A stretch of DNA of 64,000 nucleotides from Bacteroidota bacterium (lineage in GTDB: Bacteria; Bacteroidota; Bacteroidia; JABEUT01). Of the stretch, positions 45,502 to 55,562 are shown in pieces (position 1 is the stretch's first letter; each line of letters starts with the position of its first letter). The notes under the pieces were generated by a model, which was given only the letters and a program-made list of their open reading frames with translations, did not search any database and was not told the origin of the DNA. The DNA is taken from NCBI GenBank assembly GCA_013288345.1, contig JABDCA010000008.1:10024-74023 (forward strand), in the 5' to 3' direction. Both the position numbers and the translations under genes were made by a program.

Positions 45502-46148
45502 TATAATCTGCCTAACATGTAATTAACACTAAAGTTTATCAAAAGATGTCCATCAAGAGATGCGCCGGGATCATGGGTAATACTTAGATATTTTATTCCG
45601 TTATCATCGGTAAGAATTTCTGAATCAATATGTGTGCCAAGGTGCATCATGTATTGTACTATGGCTGAAAAATCGAACTGTTTTGTTATTTTGTAAGTAA
45701 TGCCTAAGCCACCCTGGGCCGCAGCTGCACTCCATCGTTCAGCGTCTGTGTTCAGGTAATCAGAATAAACTTTGGTATAATCGAAACACTGACCTGCTAA
45801 AAAGAATGGGGTTATTTTATGCACCATCAAGGGGTCCTTATCTGTATAAAAAATAACCGACCAACCTATATGGCCATCATTCCTGTAGCCTAAATTTTGA
45901 ATATTGGTGGTAATGTAATCTGCGTACCATTCAGTATTCATATGTTTGGTTACGCGTATCCAGAATTGCCCACCGGCACCAATGCCTACGCTGCCTGCAT
46001 CTGTAAAGCTGCTTATGGTGCTGCGCATGCCTAATGAAAATTGCCCTGCAGTAGAATCCTTTTGTGAAAATGCAGAGAAGCCACAAAGTAACATTACTGC
46101 AACTATAATACTGCGGAACGGTTTTAATTGCAAGCTCTTTATATTCAT
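45501..46148 (-). CDS. Outer-membrane beta-barrel protein, unknown function
   Basis: Signal peptide MNIKSLQLKPFRSIIVAVMLLCGFSAFSQ after trimming the ORF-track extension. Beta-strand periodicity. TAATG overlap with the downstream gene. Confidence 0.55.
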   Translation of the reverse strand: MNIKSLQLKPFRSIIVAVMLLCGFSAFSQKDSTAGQFSLGMRSTISSFTDAGSVGIGAGGQFWIRVTKHMNTEWYADYITTNIQNLGYRNDGHIGWSVIFYTDKDPLMVHKITPFFLAGQCFDYTKVYSDYLNTDAERWSAAAAQGGLGITYKITKQFDFSAIVQYMMHLGTHIDSEILTDDNGIKYLSITHDPGASLDGHLLINFSVNYMLGRL

Positions 46149-46264
46149 GTTACAAGTGTTATTACAAAGATAGTAATACGTTAAAACCGCAAACGGGTTA
46201 CCGCAACGATGAAACAAGAAAATTATTATAATGATTAGTGGTTATTAAAAAATAGCCACAGATT

Positions 46265-46300
46265 CGCAGATTAATCTGCGAATCTGTGGCGATGTATTTC
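46265..46300 (-). terminator. 36-nt perfect palindrome that serves as the typA terminator. It belongs to the ATCTGTG/CACAGAT repeat family.
   Basis: GCCACAGATTCGCAGATTAATCTGCGAATCTGTGGC, followed on the minus strand by TATTTTTT. It lies 4 nt after the typA stop. Confidence 0.7.
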
Positions 46301-46303
46301 GCG

Positions 46304-48118
46304 TTAGCCTACAGCTACCGAAGATTTCTCTTTGCGTTTGCGCTCGTTCTCATCAAGCACTATCTTACGCATACGTATGCTCTTTGGTGTTACTTCAACA
46401 TACTCGTCTTCCTGTATGTATTCAAGCGCTTCTTCAAGCGAGAAAACAATTTTAGGAGCCAGTGCCACGGCAGTATCGCTACCGCTTGCACGCATGTTGG
46501 TAAGCTGTTTTGCTTTGCCAATATTTATAACCAGGTCATCAGGGCGAATATGTTCGCCAATGATTTGTCCACCATAAATTTCTTCTCCCGGTGCAACAAA
46601 GAATTTACCCCTGTCTTGTAATTTATCAATTGAATAAGCTGTACCCACACCTTTTTCCATGCTAACAAGCACACCCGAATTGCGGCCCGGTATGTTGCCT
46701 TTGTATGGTTGGTATTCAGCAAAACGGTGAGCTATAATAGCCTCGCCTGCAGTTGCGGTAAGCATTTGGTTACGCAAGCCAATTAAACCGCGCGATGGAA
46801 TGTTGAATTCCAGGTGTTGGTAATCGCCACGTGGCTCTATCATAACCAGGTCACCTTTGTGTTGCGTAACAATATCAATAGCCTTGCTCGATGAATCGAT
46901 TGGGGTATCAATAGTTAATACTTCATAAGGCTCATATTTAACGCCATCAATTTCTTTTATAATAACCTTAGGCTGGCCCACTTGTAACTCATAGCCTTCG
47001 CGGCGCATGGTTTCAATAAGGATAGACAAGTGAAGGATACCGCGGCCATATACCAATAAGGCATCTGGTGAACCGGTTTCTTCTACACGCAGTGCAAGGT
47101 TCTTTTCAGTTTCCAATATCAACCTTTCGCGTACGTGGCGCGATGTAACATACTTACCTTCTTTACCAAAGAAAGGCGAGTTGTTAATGGTGAACAACAT
47201 ATTCATTGTTGGTTCATCAATATTAATAGGCTTAAGCCCTTCTGGGTTTTCAAAATCGGCAATGGTATCGCCAATTTCAAACTTGTCTAAACCAAATACA
47301 GCGCATATATCGCCGGTTTGTACATCGGTTACTTTTTTACGGCCAAGGCCTTCGAAAGTGTATAATTCTTTAATACGGCTCTTGTCAATTTTGCCATCTC
47401 TGCGAACAAGCGATATAGGCATGTTCACTTTTAAATTGCCACGCAACATACGGCCTACAGCTATTTTACCGGTATAGGTAGAATAGTCGATAGATGTAAT
47501 TTGCATTTGAGGTGTACCCGGATTTTCAGGAGCCTCAGGGAAATAAGAAACAATGGTATCTAACAATGGGCTAATGTCGGTAGTAGGTTTCAACCAGTCG
47601 GTCGACATCCATCCGTGTTTCGATGAACCATATATGGTAGGGAAGCCTAATTGCTTCTCGGTAGCATCTAATTTGCAGAACAGGTCAAATACACCTTCCT
47701 GGGTTTCTTCAGGGGTACAGTTTGGCTTGTCAACCTTGTTTACCACCACAATAGCGGTAAGGCCCATTTGCAAAGCTTTTTGCAGTACAAAACGGGTTTG
47801 AGGCATTGGGCCTTCAAAAGCATCAACCAACAGCAATACGCCATCGGCCATGTTCAATACACGTTCTACTTCACCACCAAAGTCAGCGTGGCCGGGAGTA
47901 TCGATAATATTTATTTTGGTGCCTTTATAGTTTACTGAAACGTTTTTAGAGAAGATGGTAATACCACGTTCGCGTTCCAGGTCATTACTGTCCATAATAA
48001 GTTCGCCTACCTCTTCGTGTTCTTTAAAGAGCTGGCACTGTTTTAAAATTTTGTCAACCAATGTAGTTTTACCGTGATCGACGTGGGCAATAATGGCGAT
48101 GTTCCTGATAGATGTCAT
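46304..48118 (-). CDS. typA: Translational GTPase TypA/BipA
   Basis: [17 protein letters not shown] (G1), [16 protein letters not shown]. The 604-aa size fits the family. Confidence 0.95.
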   Translation of the reverse strand: MTSIRNIAIIAHVDHGKTTLVDKILKQCQLFKEHEEVGELIMDSNDLERERGITIFSKNVSVNYKGTKINIIDTPGHADFGGEVERVLNMADGVLLLVDAFEGPMPQTRFVLQKALQMGLTAIVVVNKVDKPNCTPEETQEGVFDLFCKLDATEKQLGFPTIYGSSKHGWMSTDWLKPTTDISPLLDTIVSYFPEAPENPGTPQMQITSIDYSTYTGKIAVGRMLRGNLKVNMPISLVRRDGKIDKSRIKELYTFEGLGRKKVTDVQTGDICAVFGLDKFEIGDTIADFENPEGLKPINIDEPTMNMLFTINNSPFFGKEGKYVTSRHVRERLILETEKNLALRVEETGSPDALLVYGRGILHLSILIETMRREGYELQVGQPKVIIKEIDGVKYEPYEVLTIDTPIDSSSKAIDIVTQHKGDLVMIEPRGDYQHLEFNIPSRGLIGLRNQMLTATAGEAIIAHRFAEYQPYKGNIPGRNSGVLVSMEKGVGTAYSIDKLQDRGKFFVAPGEEIYGGQIIGEHIRPDDLVINIGKAKQLTNMRASGSDTAVALAPKIVFSLEEALEYIQEDEYVEVTPKSIRMRKIVLDENERKRKEKSSVAVG

Positions 48119-48153
48119 AGTACTTTTATATAAAAACTATTAATTTAAGCGTG

Positions 48154-48161
48154 CAAAGATA
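48154..48161 (-). promoter_or_regulatory. -7 promoter box TATCTTTG for typA
   Basis: The plus strand reads CAAAGATA. The box lies about 35 nt upstream of the typA ATG. Confidence 0.4.
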
Positions 48162-48277
48162 CGACTAAATCCCCAATTACAGGTATTTGTGTGGTTAAAT
48201 GGGTGTTAATGAGCAGTATTAGGGGGTAAAGAGTGGGGGATAAGTGAGGTTAATTCTCATTTAATTCGCTTTTTATT

Positions 48278-48285
48278 TACATTTG
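48278..48285 (+). promoter_or_regulatory. -7 promoter box TACATTTG for the rhomboid gene
   Basis: TACATTTG lies 49 nt upstream of the ATG at 48335. Confidence 0.35.
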
Positions 48286-48334
48286 TTAAGACTTCAAAAA
48301 TTCCAGTAAACCACTTAATTTACAATATAATAGT

Positions 48335-49804
48335 ATGGCATTTGGATTTTCGGCAAAACATAGCGAAGAAATAGCTTTAGATAACCTTTCACAAGAACAG
48401 TTTTTAGTTATTGCAATTGAAGCTTCTCAAAAGCTTGAATGGAATTTAAGTTATACCAGTGAGAATGGTTTTATCGCCTATACTAATTTCTCAATGAGTT
48501 CATGGAGCGAGAAAATTACGGTTGTTATTGAAAATAATGTTGCTAAAATTAAAAGTGAATGTACAGGTAACCAGGTAACTGATTGGGGCAAGAACAAGAA
48601 AAATATTGAAGCATTAATTTCAATAATTAATGAAACAAAAACTTCAATAAACGCCGAAGAACTTATTCAGAAATATGAAGAGTTAAAACCAAAATTTGCT
48701 GTTAAAGAAGATGATACACTAACAAAATCACCACTTTCATCTAAAGAAAAATTTACCGGCTTCTTTTCTATTTTTAAACCTACGCAGGGATACTTTGTTA
48801 CTCCAATACTACTAAACCTGAATATTGCTGTTTTCCTGTTAATGGTTATTTCTGGTGTTAACGCTTTTCTTCCGAGTAATGACAGTTTAATATTATGGGG
48901 TGCAAATTTTAAACCGGTAACCTTAGCTGGTGAATGGTGGCGATTAATTACATGTTGTTTTTTACATATTGGTATTATGCATCTTGTATTTAATATGTAT
49001 GCGTTATTATATATTGGAATGTTACTTGAGCCATACTTAGGTCGTATCAGATTTATATCTGCATATCTTTTAACAGCAGTAACATCGAGTATGGCTAGCT
49101 TGTGGTGGCACGATTTAATAATAAGTGCAGGTGCATCGGGTGCAATTTTTGGAATGTACGGTGTTTTTTTGGCACTACTTAGTACTAATATTATAGAGAA
49201 GTCTCAAAGAAAAGCATTATTGACAAGTATTTTGATTTTTGTCGCATATAACTTAATGAATGGACTTAAAGGAGGAATCGATAATGCTGCTCACGTTGGC
49301 GGCTTGGTGGGTGGGCTAGTCATTGGTTATGCTTTCATACCAAGTTTAAAGAACCCAAATGAAACCAAACTTAAGCTATCTACAATTGCAGTATTGTCAA
49401 TTGCAATTCTTGGGTTCTCCTCTTTTATTTACAAAACATTGCCTAATGATATAGGAACCTATGATGAGAAAATGAAAGATTTTGCTTTCATGGAATCAAA
49501 GGCATTGGAGGTATATAAATTGCCGGGAGGCGCCCCAAAGGATACCTTTCTATTTTATATTAAGGACAGAGGAATTTATTATTGGAATAAGAATATCATA
49601 CTGCTTGATAGTATTAATAAATTCAATATTCCGGATGAAATGCATAAGCGGAATAATAAGATTAGGATGTATTGCGAACTACGTTTAAAATCTTTCGAGT
49701 TACTTTACAAAGCTGTTAACGAGAATACCGGAATTTATAAAGACTCATTGGTAAGCTATAATAATCAGATAAAAACTATAATGGATGATTTAAGCAAGCA
49801 TTAA
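48335..49804 (+). CDS. Rhomboid-family intramembrane serine protease with additional N- and C-terminal soluble domains
   Basis: WWRLITCCFLHIGIMHLVFNM, catalytic Ser in GASGAIFGMYG, catalytic His in NAAHVGGLVGG. The ~150-aa N-terminal and ~140-aa C-terminal extensions are of unknown type. Confidence 0.8.
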   Translation: MAFGFSAKHSEEIALDNLSQEQFLVIAIEASQKLEWNLSYTSENGFIAYTNFSMSSWSEKITVVIENNVAKIKSECTGNQVTDWGKNKKNIEALISIINETKTSINAEELIQKYEELKPKFAVKEDDTLTKSPLSSKEKFTGFFSIFKPTQGYFVTPILLNLNIAVFLLMVISGVNAFLPSNDSLILWGANFKPVTLAGEWWRLITCCFLHIGIMHLVFNMYALLYIGMLLEPYLGRIRFISAYLLTAVTSSMASLWWHDLIISAGASGAIFGMYGVFLALLSTNIIEKSQRKALLTSILIFVAYNLMNGLKGGIDNAAHVGGLVGGLVIGYAFIPSLKNPNETKLKLSTIAVLSIAILGFSSFIYKTLPNDIGTYDEKMKDFAFMESKALEVYKLPGGAPKDTFLFYIKDRGIYYWNKNIILLDSINKFNIPDEMHKRNNKIRMYCELRLKSFELLYKAVNENTGIYKDSLVSYNNQIKTIMDDLSKH

Positions 49805-49814
49805 CAGGTTTTGT

Positions 49815-51107
49815 TTATAGTTTCTCCAGCACCCTTTCCATCGCCATGCCACGGGAGCCTTTAAGTAAGATGGTCTTGTTTTTTATTGGGTGTGCGTTAA
49901 GCCATTCTAAGAAGGTCTGCATGGTATCAAATACCTCTAAAGGTGATTTCGTCTGGCTGAATTCAGCGCCAACCAAATAAACACCCTCCCAGGCTTTTTT
50001 GCCTGCAATCATATCGGCCAGTGCCTGGTGTTCTTTGCGGCTGTCTTCTCCCAGTTCAAACATATCGCCCAATATAAGCACCTTGCCTGTTCCTTCCATT
50101 TCAGCAAAACCTTCAATAGCGGTCTTCATGCTACTTGGGTTAGCATTATAGGCATCTACCCAAATGGTGTTGTTTTCTTTTTTAACTATCTGCGAACGGT
50201 TGTTCGATGGTACATATTCCTCAATGGCTTCTTTTACTTGTGATAATGTTAAGCCAAATTCAAAGCCTATACAAGTTGCTGCCAACATATTGTAAAAGTT
50301 ATAACGGCCCGCTAGCTTGCTTTGTATCTCTACTTCAATGCCATCAACTAAAAAAGCAGCTTTAGCTAAAAAACTTTCTTTGTCGGTAATGCCTTCGCAA
50401 TCGGCATCGGGGTGGGTGCCATAAGTAGTTCTATCAATTCCATTTGACAATCGCATCAGCAGTTCATCGTCGGCATTAACAAACAGCTTTCCTTTTTTAG
50501 CTTGTATATAATGGTACAGTTCGCTCTTGGCTTTTATTACGCCTTCCGGTCCGCCAAAGCCTTCGAGGTGTGCCTTACCAATATTGGTAATAATTCCGAA
50601 ATCGGGTTCAGCAATAATGCAGAGCTGAGCAATTTCGCCCTGGTGGTTGGCGCCCATTTCTATAATAGCAATCTCATGTTCCTTCTTTAAAGCCAATAAG
50701 GTTAGCGGAACACCAATGTGGTTGTTCAGGTTGCCTTGGGTAAAGAGTGTTTTAAATTTTTTATTCAGTACTGCAGCAGCTAATTCTTTGGTAGTGGTTT
50801 TGCCATTGGTACCTGTAATACCTATAACCGGTATTTTAAATTGCCTGCGATGATGGTTAGCTAATTGCTGAAGCGTGAGCAACACATCGTTGACTAAAAT
50901 GCAACCTGTTGTATAATACTCTTCTTCATCAATTACTGCGTAGGCAGCGCCTTTGCTTAATGCTTCTTTTGCAAATTGGTTAGCGTTAAAGTTGCCGCCC
51001 TTCAGTGCAAAAAACATACTACCCGCTTTTATATTGCGTGTATCGGTACCTACAACAGGGTGTTGCAGGTAAATTTTGTAAAGTTCTTCAATGCTAGGGT
51101 TTTTCAT
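49815..51107 (-). CDS. murF: UDP-N-acetylmuramoyl-tripeptide--D-alanyl-D-alanine ligase
   Basis: GITGTNGKTTTKEL P-loop, and DAYNANPSSM typical of the Mur ligase C-domain. Confidence 0.9.
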   Translation of the reverse strand: MKNPSIEELYKIYLQHPVVGTDTRNIKAGSMFFALKGGNFNANQFAKEALSKGAAYAVIDEEEYYTTGCILVNDVLLTLQQLANHHRRQFKIPVIGITGTNGKTTTKELAAAVLNKKFKTLFTQGNLNNHIGVPLTLLALKKEHEIAIIEMGANHQGEIAQLCIIAEPDFGIITNIGKAHLEGFGGPEGVIKAKSELYHYIQAKKGKLFVNADDELLMRLSNGIDRTTYGTHPDADCEGITDKESFLAKAAFLVDGIEVEIQSKLAGRYNFYNMLAATCIGFEFGLTLSQVKEAIEEYVPSNNRSQIVKKENNTIWVDAYNANPSSMKTAIEGFAEMEGTGKVLILGDMFELGEDSRKEHQALADMIAGKKAWEGVYLVGAEFSQTKSPLEVFDTMQTFLEWLNAHPIKNKTILLKGSRGMAMERVLEKL

Positions 51108-51123
51108 ATTTCATTCGTTTGTT

Positions 51124-51152
51124 CCTCCCCTCTAGGGGAGGGCAGGTGGGGC
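51124..51152. repeat. Solo half-copy (E4) of the GC-rich palindromic element
   Basis: CCTCCCCTCTAGGGGAGGGCAGGTGGGGCC resembles the right half of E2. It lies between the stop of the 114-aa ORF and the murF ATG. Confidence 0.6.
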
Positions 51153-51153
51153 C

Positions 51154-51498
51154 TTACTCCATTTCCTTAAAATATTTTATAATAGCTTTTTTTACCATCA
51201 GTTTTTGCTCACCTGGTTTTAATGCAGGTATCGATGTAACGGGTTCCCACTGTGGCCACTGGTCCTCATCATATCCGGTAAAAGTATAATAACCCATTGG
51301 CTCTAACAAAGTGCAAAGTGCCACATGCAGCACATCCAATTTTTCATCTTTCGAAAACTTTTGATACCCCAAGCCAAGCTCCTGAACGCCTATCAGCATC
51401 AATAGGCCTTCTATCTCAATTCCCTCGCCAAATTGCACTTCGAGCCTTTTCATAAGGCTATCCCACTGCTCTTTTAATTCTAAATCTATTTCTATCAT
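51154..51498 (-). CDS. Hypothetical cytoplasmic protein (114 aa)
   Basis: Protein-like composition. No motif recognised. Co-directional with murF. Confidence 0.5.
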   Translation of the reverse strand: MIEIDLELKEQWDSLMKRLEVQFGEGIEIEGLLMLIGVQELGLGYQKFSKDEKLDVLHVALCTLLEPMGYYTFTGYDEDQWPQWEPVTSIPALKPGEQKLMVKKAIIKYFKEME

Positions 51499-51520
51499 AG
51501 TGTAAAAATACGAATTAACT

Positions 51521-51618
51521 AGGTTACCCCGGTATAGGTAGTTTGCGTTAGGGATAGAAGCGGTTACCCCGCAGCGCAGCGAGGAGTAATAGCGGATAGC
51601 CCGACCCGACGCAGGAGG
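51521..51618. repeat. GC-rich intergenic module with internal direct repeats (GGTTACCCCG x2, CCCGAC x2) in a divergent promoter region
   Basis: AGGTTACCCCGG...GCGGTTACCCCGCAGCGCAGCGAGGAGTAATAGCGGATAGCCCGACCCGACGCAGGAGGGGAACGCCC. Its composition contrasts clearly with the AT-rich surroundings. Confidence 0.6.
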
Positions 51619-51687
51619 GGAACGCCCAAATAAAAGTAGAATACTAAAGCTCTTGTACTGTTTTGAAGTTTATAGAAATTAAAACGA

Positions 51688-51695
51688 TATTTTTG
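51688..51695 (+). promoter_or_regulatory. -7 promoter box TATTTTTG for cvpA (implies a very short or absent leader)
   Basis: TATTTTTG ends 6 nt before the ATG at 51702. Confidence 0.35.
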
Positions 51696-51701
51696 CGCCC
51701 G

Positions 51702-52205
51702 ATGAAACTCAACATTATTTTAATTATCCCACTTATCTGGGGATTTTACAAAGGCTTTAAAAAAGGCTTTATAGTAGAACTGGCTTCTATACTGGCTATT
51801 ATACTGGGTATATTTGTCTGCGCTAAATTCTCCGATGTGGTAGCTTCTTTTTTAGGCACCAAACTGCACAGCGATAATTCTTTCTTTTATCTTTCTATAG
51901 TAGCTGATATACTTTTGTTTATAGGAATTCTGATTTTGGTAAACTTCCTAGCGAAGGGCATACAAAAATTGGCAGAGAAATTATTTCTGGGCTTGCCTAA
52001 CAAAATACTTGGTGGATTATTCGGAGCCTTTAAATGGGCTTTATTAGTAAGCGTACTGCTTTACTTCTTCGATATTTTTAATGCAAAAATCGGAATAGTA
52101 AATGCTGAAACTTTGCAACAATCGTGGGTGTATAGCCACCTGGTACTACTTGCACCTTTGGTAATGCCTGCACTTGTAAAGACTAAAGCTAAGCTGGCTA
52201 TTTAA
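51702..52205 (+). CDS. cvpA: CvpA-family membrane protein
   Basis: MKLNIILIIPLIWGFYKGFKKGFIVE is a typical CvpA N-terminus. 4 TM helices. I trimmed the start from the ORF-track TTG at 51663. Confidence 0.7.
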   Translation: MKLNIILIIPLIWGFYKGFKKGFIVELASILAIILGIFVCAKFSDVVASFLGTKLHSDNSFFYLSIVADILLFIGILILVNFLAKGIQKLAEKLFLGLPNKILGGLFGAFKWALLVSVLLYFFDIFNAKIGIVNAETLQQSWVYSHLVLLAPLVMPALVKTKAKLAI

Positions 52206-52221
52206 ATAAAGATTATTAATC

Positions 52222-52587
52222 CTAAAGCTGACTTCTGTTTGAAACTACGGCGTCAATAAACTCTTTCTGCTCAGGGTATTTCGCCAGTAATGTCTTAATT
52301 AAAGTATCATAGTTCTTATTAAGATAATCAATGCCTATATCTGTTATGCTGTAATGATGAACAGCCTTTACAAGCGTTGTGGTGACGTAGTTTTTGGATA
52401 CTAAAGATTCCCGTATTTTACTTAGGTAAATTATCTTAAATCTCCAGGCTAAAATTTTATTCAAGCTATAAGAATCCCGAAGTGCGACGCACCGTTGGAC
52501 CACTAATAACAATATTAATTCTCCAAGCTTAAATTCTCCTTTCGGTAACCGAATAAGAAAAATTAGCCTCTGGAAATACCGAAGCAT
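52222..52587 (-). CDS. Hypothetical 121-aa protein, possibly winged-helix-like
   Basis: Begins 3 nt after the fbp stop on the same strand. No motif recognised with confidence. Confidence 0.4.
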   Translation of the reverse strand: MLRYFQRLIFLIRLPKGEFKLGELILLLVVQRCVALRDSYSLNKILAWRFKIIYLSKIRESLVSKNYVTTTLVKAVHHYSITDIGIDYLNKNYDTLIKTLLAKYPEQKEFIDAVVSNRSQL

Positions 52588-52590
52588 AAG

Positions 52591-53619
52591 CTATTTAGCA
52601 GCCTTAGCAGCAGGTATCGAATGCTTTGCAATAAGGTCCTCTACCTTTTCAACCATATCTTTAGAACCAATAAACAATGGTGAGCGCTGATGCAGTGAAG
52701 TAGGAACAACTTCGAGTATACGTTTGCTGCCTGTACTTGCCTTGCCACCTGCCTGTTCAATAATAAAGGCCATAGGGTTACACTCGTAAATAAGCCTTAG
52801 CTTGCCTTTAGGCGAAGCCGATGTAGTAGGATAGAGGAACACTCCGCCCTTGATAAGGTTACGGTGAAAATCGGCTACTGCTGAACCAATATAGCGTGAT
52901 GAATATGGGCGCTCAGTAGCAGCGTCCTCTTCCTGGCAATACTTAATAAACTTCTTTACGCCTTCAGGGAAGTGTACATAGTTTCCTTCGTTTATAGAAT
53001 ATATTTTACCTTTTTTAGGTGTCTGCATATTCGGGTGCGAAAGGCAAAACTCGCCTATAGAAGGATCGAGTGTAAAACCATTTACGCCTTTACCGGTGGT
53101 ATATACCATCATGGTTGATGAACCGTATAAAATATAACCTGCAGCAACCTGCTCGGTGCCGGGTTGTAAAAAATCCTCTAGTGTGCCCGGTCCACTTAAC
53201 GAAGTGCGGCGGTATATCGAGAAGATAGTCCCAATTGAAACGTTTACATCAATGTTCGATGAACCATCAAGCGGATCGAGGGCAACTACATATTTTGCAG
53301 CAGCGGATACGCTGTTATCTACTATTATAATTTCTTCGTTTTCTTCCGATGCAATGGCACAACATTCGCCACCTACACTTAGTGCGGCAATAAATTGGTT
53401 GTTGGCATATACATCAAGCTTCTTTACATTCTCGCCTTGTATGTTAACGTCTCCGGTTTCACCCAGAATATCAGCAATACCGGCCTTGTTTACTTCGCGG
53501 TGTACTATTTTAGCAGCAATGCCAATATCGCTTAATAAGCGCGAAAGCTCACCTTTTGAATATTGAAAGTCAGCTTGCTTTTCAACTATAAATTCACCTA
53601 ATGTTTTTACCTGTGCCAT
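52591..53619 (-). CDS. fbp: Fructose-1,6-bisphosphatase class 1
   Basis: [11 protein letters not shown] metal-binding motif, [21 protein letters not shown]. 342 aa. Confidence 0.95.
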   Translation of the reverse strand: MAQVKTLGEFIVEKQADFQYSKGELSRLLSDIGIAAKIVHREVNKAGIADILGETGDVNIQGENVKKLDVYANNQFIAALSVGGECCAIASEENEEIIIVDNSVSAAAKYVVALDPLDGSSNIDVNVSIGTIFSIYRRTSLSGPGTLEDFLQPGTEQVAAGYILYGSSTMMVYTTGKGVNGFTLDPSIGEFCLSHPNMQTPKKGKIYSINEGNYVHFPEGVKKFIKYCQEEDAATERPYSSRYIGSAVADFHRNLIKGGVFLYPTTSASPKGKLRLIYECNPMAFIIEQAGGKASTGSKRILEVVPTSLHQRSPLFIGSKDMVEKVEDLIAKHSIPAAKAAK

Positions 53620-53748
53620 GTTAATTCAAGTTTAAATTATGAATTTTAAGTTTTAAATTCATAAGTAATATGGGCAAATATAAGCATTTGCTACTTTTTT
53701 GATTAAAAAAACAAATAGAATATTGATTTGATGAATATGTATTTATTT

Positions 53749-53792
53749 AATCCGTGCTAATCTGCAGCATCAGTGTCATCTGTGTTCTATCT
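53749..53792. repeat. Single arm of the ATCTGTG...GTGTTC dispersed repeat family
   Basis: TAATCCGTGCTAATCTGCAGCATCAGTGTCATCTGTGTTCTATC. Compare 57585-57622 (ATCTGTGTCATCCGTGTTC). Confidence 0.65.
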
Positions 53793-53831
53793 TTATATGT
53801 ATTTTTGAAACTTTTAAATACTTTGTTATCT

Positions 53832-54305
53832 ATGGAAATCAATATACGCAAAGCAGAAAAGAAAGATGTGCCCGACATGCTCCGGTTGGTTAAAGAACTG
53901 GCCCTGTATGAAAAGGCACCGGATGAGGTGAAAGTAACCTTAGCGGAGATGGAACGCGATGGCTTTGGTCCTGAGCCAATTTACAAAGCTTTTGTGGCTG
54001 AAGGTGAGGGTAAAATAATGGGTATGGCATTGTATTATGTAAAATATTCGACTTGGAAAGGCAGGTGTATATTTCTGGAAGACTTGATTGTGAGCCAGGA
54101 ATATCGTCGATACGGACTGGGTTCAAAATTGTTTGATGCCGTAGTTGGGGCATGTAAAGAAATGGGCGTACGTAAAATGGATTGGCAGATACTCGACTGG
54201 AATGAGCCGGCAATTAATTTTTATAAAAAGTATAATACCGTGTTTAGTGACGAATGGCTAAATGGTTCATTGTATGAAAAGCAATTGAAAGAGATAAACG
54301 TATGA
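53832..54305 (+). CDS. GNAT-family N-acetyltransferase
   Basis: MEINIRKAEKKDVPDM start. Acetyl-CoA motif A in QEYRRYGLGSKLFDAV. The ORF-track N-terminal 26 aa are a translation of the repeat element, so I trimmed them. Confidence 0.8.
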   Translation: MEINIRKAEKKDVPDMLRLVKELALYEKAPDEVKVTLAEMERDGFGPEPIYKAFVAEGEGKIMGMALYYVKYSTWKGRCIFLEDLIVSQEYRRYGLGSKLFDAVVGACKEMGVRKMDWQILDWNEPAINFYKKYNTVFSDEWLNGSLYEKQLKEINV

Positions 54306-55555
54306 AGGTCTTTAAGTTTGGCGGCGCATCGGTAAAAGATGCAGCAGGTGTAAAAAACGTTATTTCTATTTTAGGATCATATCCGAAAGATGAAATTATT
54401 GTGGTGGTTTCGGCCATGGGAAAAATTACCAATGCTTTAGAAAAACTGGTTCGCCCGAAAAATAAAGCAGAACAGAAAGAAGTTTTAGAAGAGGTAAAAC
54501 AATACCACCATAAAATTGCAACAGAGCTTTTCCCTGATAAAAAGGATTCTATATTTTCTGTGTTGGAAAAAGATTTTACCCATCTGCAAAAAATAGTTTC
54601 AGAATACCCTTCAACGAATCATGATGAGCGATATGACCAGATAGTATCGATGGGTGAGGTAATGTCTTCGCATATAGTAAGCGCTTACATGGCATCGCAA
54701 AAAATTGAGAATGAATGTATAGATGCCCGCGAAGTAATTTGTACTGACAATAATTTCAGAGAAGGTAAAGTTGATTTTGATAAAACGAGAAATACGCTGC
54801 AAAGTATAATTCCCGCAAGCTGGAAAAAGAAGATTGCAATTACACAGGGCTTTATTGGAAGTACTGCGAAAAAGAAAACCACTACACTTGGCCGCGAAGG
54901 CTCAGATTATACTGCTGCTATACTTGCGTATTGTACCGATGCTGAATCGGTAACAATATGGAAAGATGTGCCGGGTGTGCTTAATGCTGATCCTAAGTGG
55001 TTCGATAACACAGTGAAAATAGACCACCTGAGTTACCAGGATGCAATTGAGTTGGCCTATTATGGTGCTACTGTAATACACCCAAAAACGATAAAACCAC
55101 TACAGAATAAAAATATTCCGCTGTTTGTAAAATCGTTTATTGAACCCGCTGCTGAAGGCACCCGCATTGATAATGATTTAACACAGTTACCGGTACCTTG
55201 TTTTATTTTTAAAGTAAGCCAGGTACTTGTATCGCTCTCACCAAAAGATTTTTCCTTTATAGTAGAAGAAAGCCTCAGCCATATATTTGATGTGCTTGCC
55301 AAGTACAAAGTAAAGACCAATGTAATTCAGAATTCGGCCATCAATTTCTCCTTGTGTATCGATGATTCGGAAAAAGTGCCTGCACTGCTTGATGCCCTGC
55401 GTAATGACTTCAGGGTATTGTATAATACCAAACTCGAGCTTGTAACCATCCGCTATTACGACCAGGCTACAATAGACAGAGTAAGTATTGGTAAAAAGAT
55501 TTTACTGGAACACAAGAGCCGTTATACGGTGCAGATTGTGATGCAGGATAAGTAA
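54302..55555 (+). CDS. lysC: Aspartate kinase
   Basis: KVFKFGGASVKD N-terminal kinase motif, C-terminal ACT-like region. ATGA overlap with the GNAT gene. Confidence 0.85.
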   Translation: MKVFKFGGASVKDAAGVKNVISILGSYPKDEIIVVVSAMGKITNALEKLVRPKNKAEQKEVLEEVKQYHHKIATELFPDKKDSIFSVLEKDFTHLQKIVSEYPSTNHDERYDQIVSMGEVMSSHIVSAYMASQKIENECIDAREVICTDNNFREGKVDFDKTRNTLQSIIPASWKKKIAITQGFIGSTAKKKTTTLGREGSDYTAAILAYCTDAESVTIWKDVPGVLNADPKWFDNTVKIDHLSYQDAIELAYYGATVIHPKTIKPLQNKNIPLFVKSFIEPAAEGTRIDNDLTQLPVPCFIFKVSQVLVSLSPKDFSFIVEESLSHIFDVLAKYKVKTNVIQNSAINFSLCIDDSEKVPALLDALRNDFRVLYNTKLELVTIRYYDQATIDRVSIGKKILLEHKSRYTVQIVMQDK

Positions 55556-55562
55556 TCTAAGG

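Noticed and set aside
53754-53831. N-terminal extension of the GNAT ORF (MLICSISVICVLSLYVFLKLLNTLLS)
   Set aside because: It is a translation of the ATCTGTG...GTGTTC repeat arm and AT-rich promoter DNA. The GNAT fold begins at MEINIRKAEKKD. Similar over-extensions were trimmed for mnmG (19574), rpiB (28288), cvpA (51663), the TonB receptor (42405), the Spy-like gene (30797) and the barrel gene (46217).
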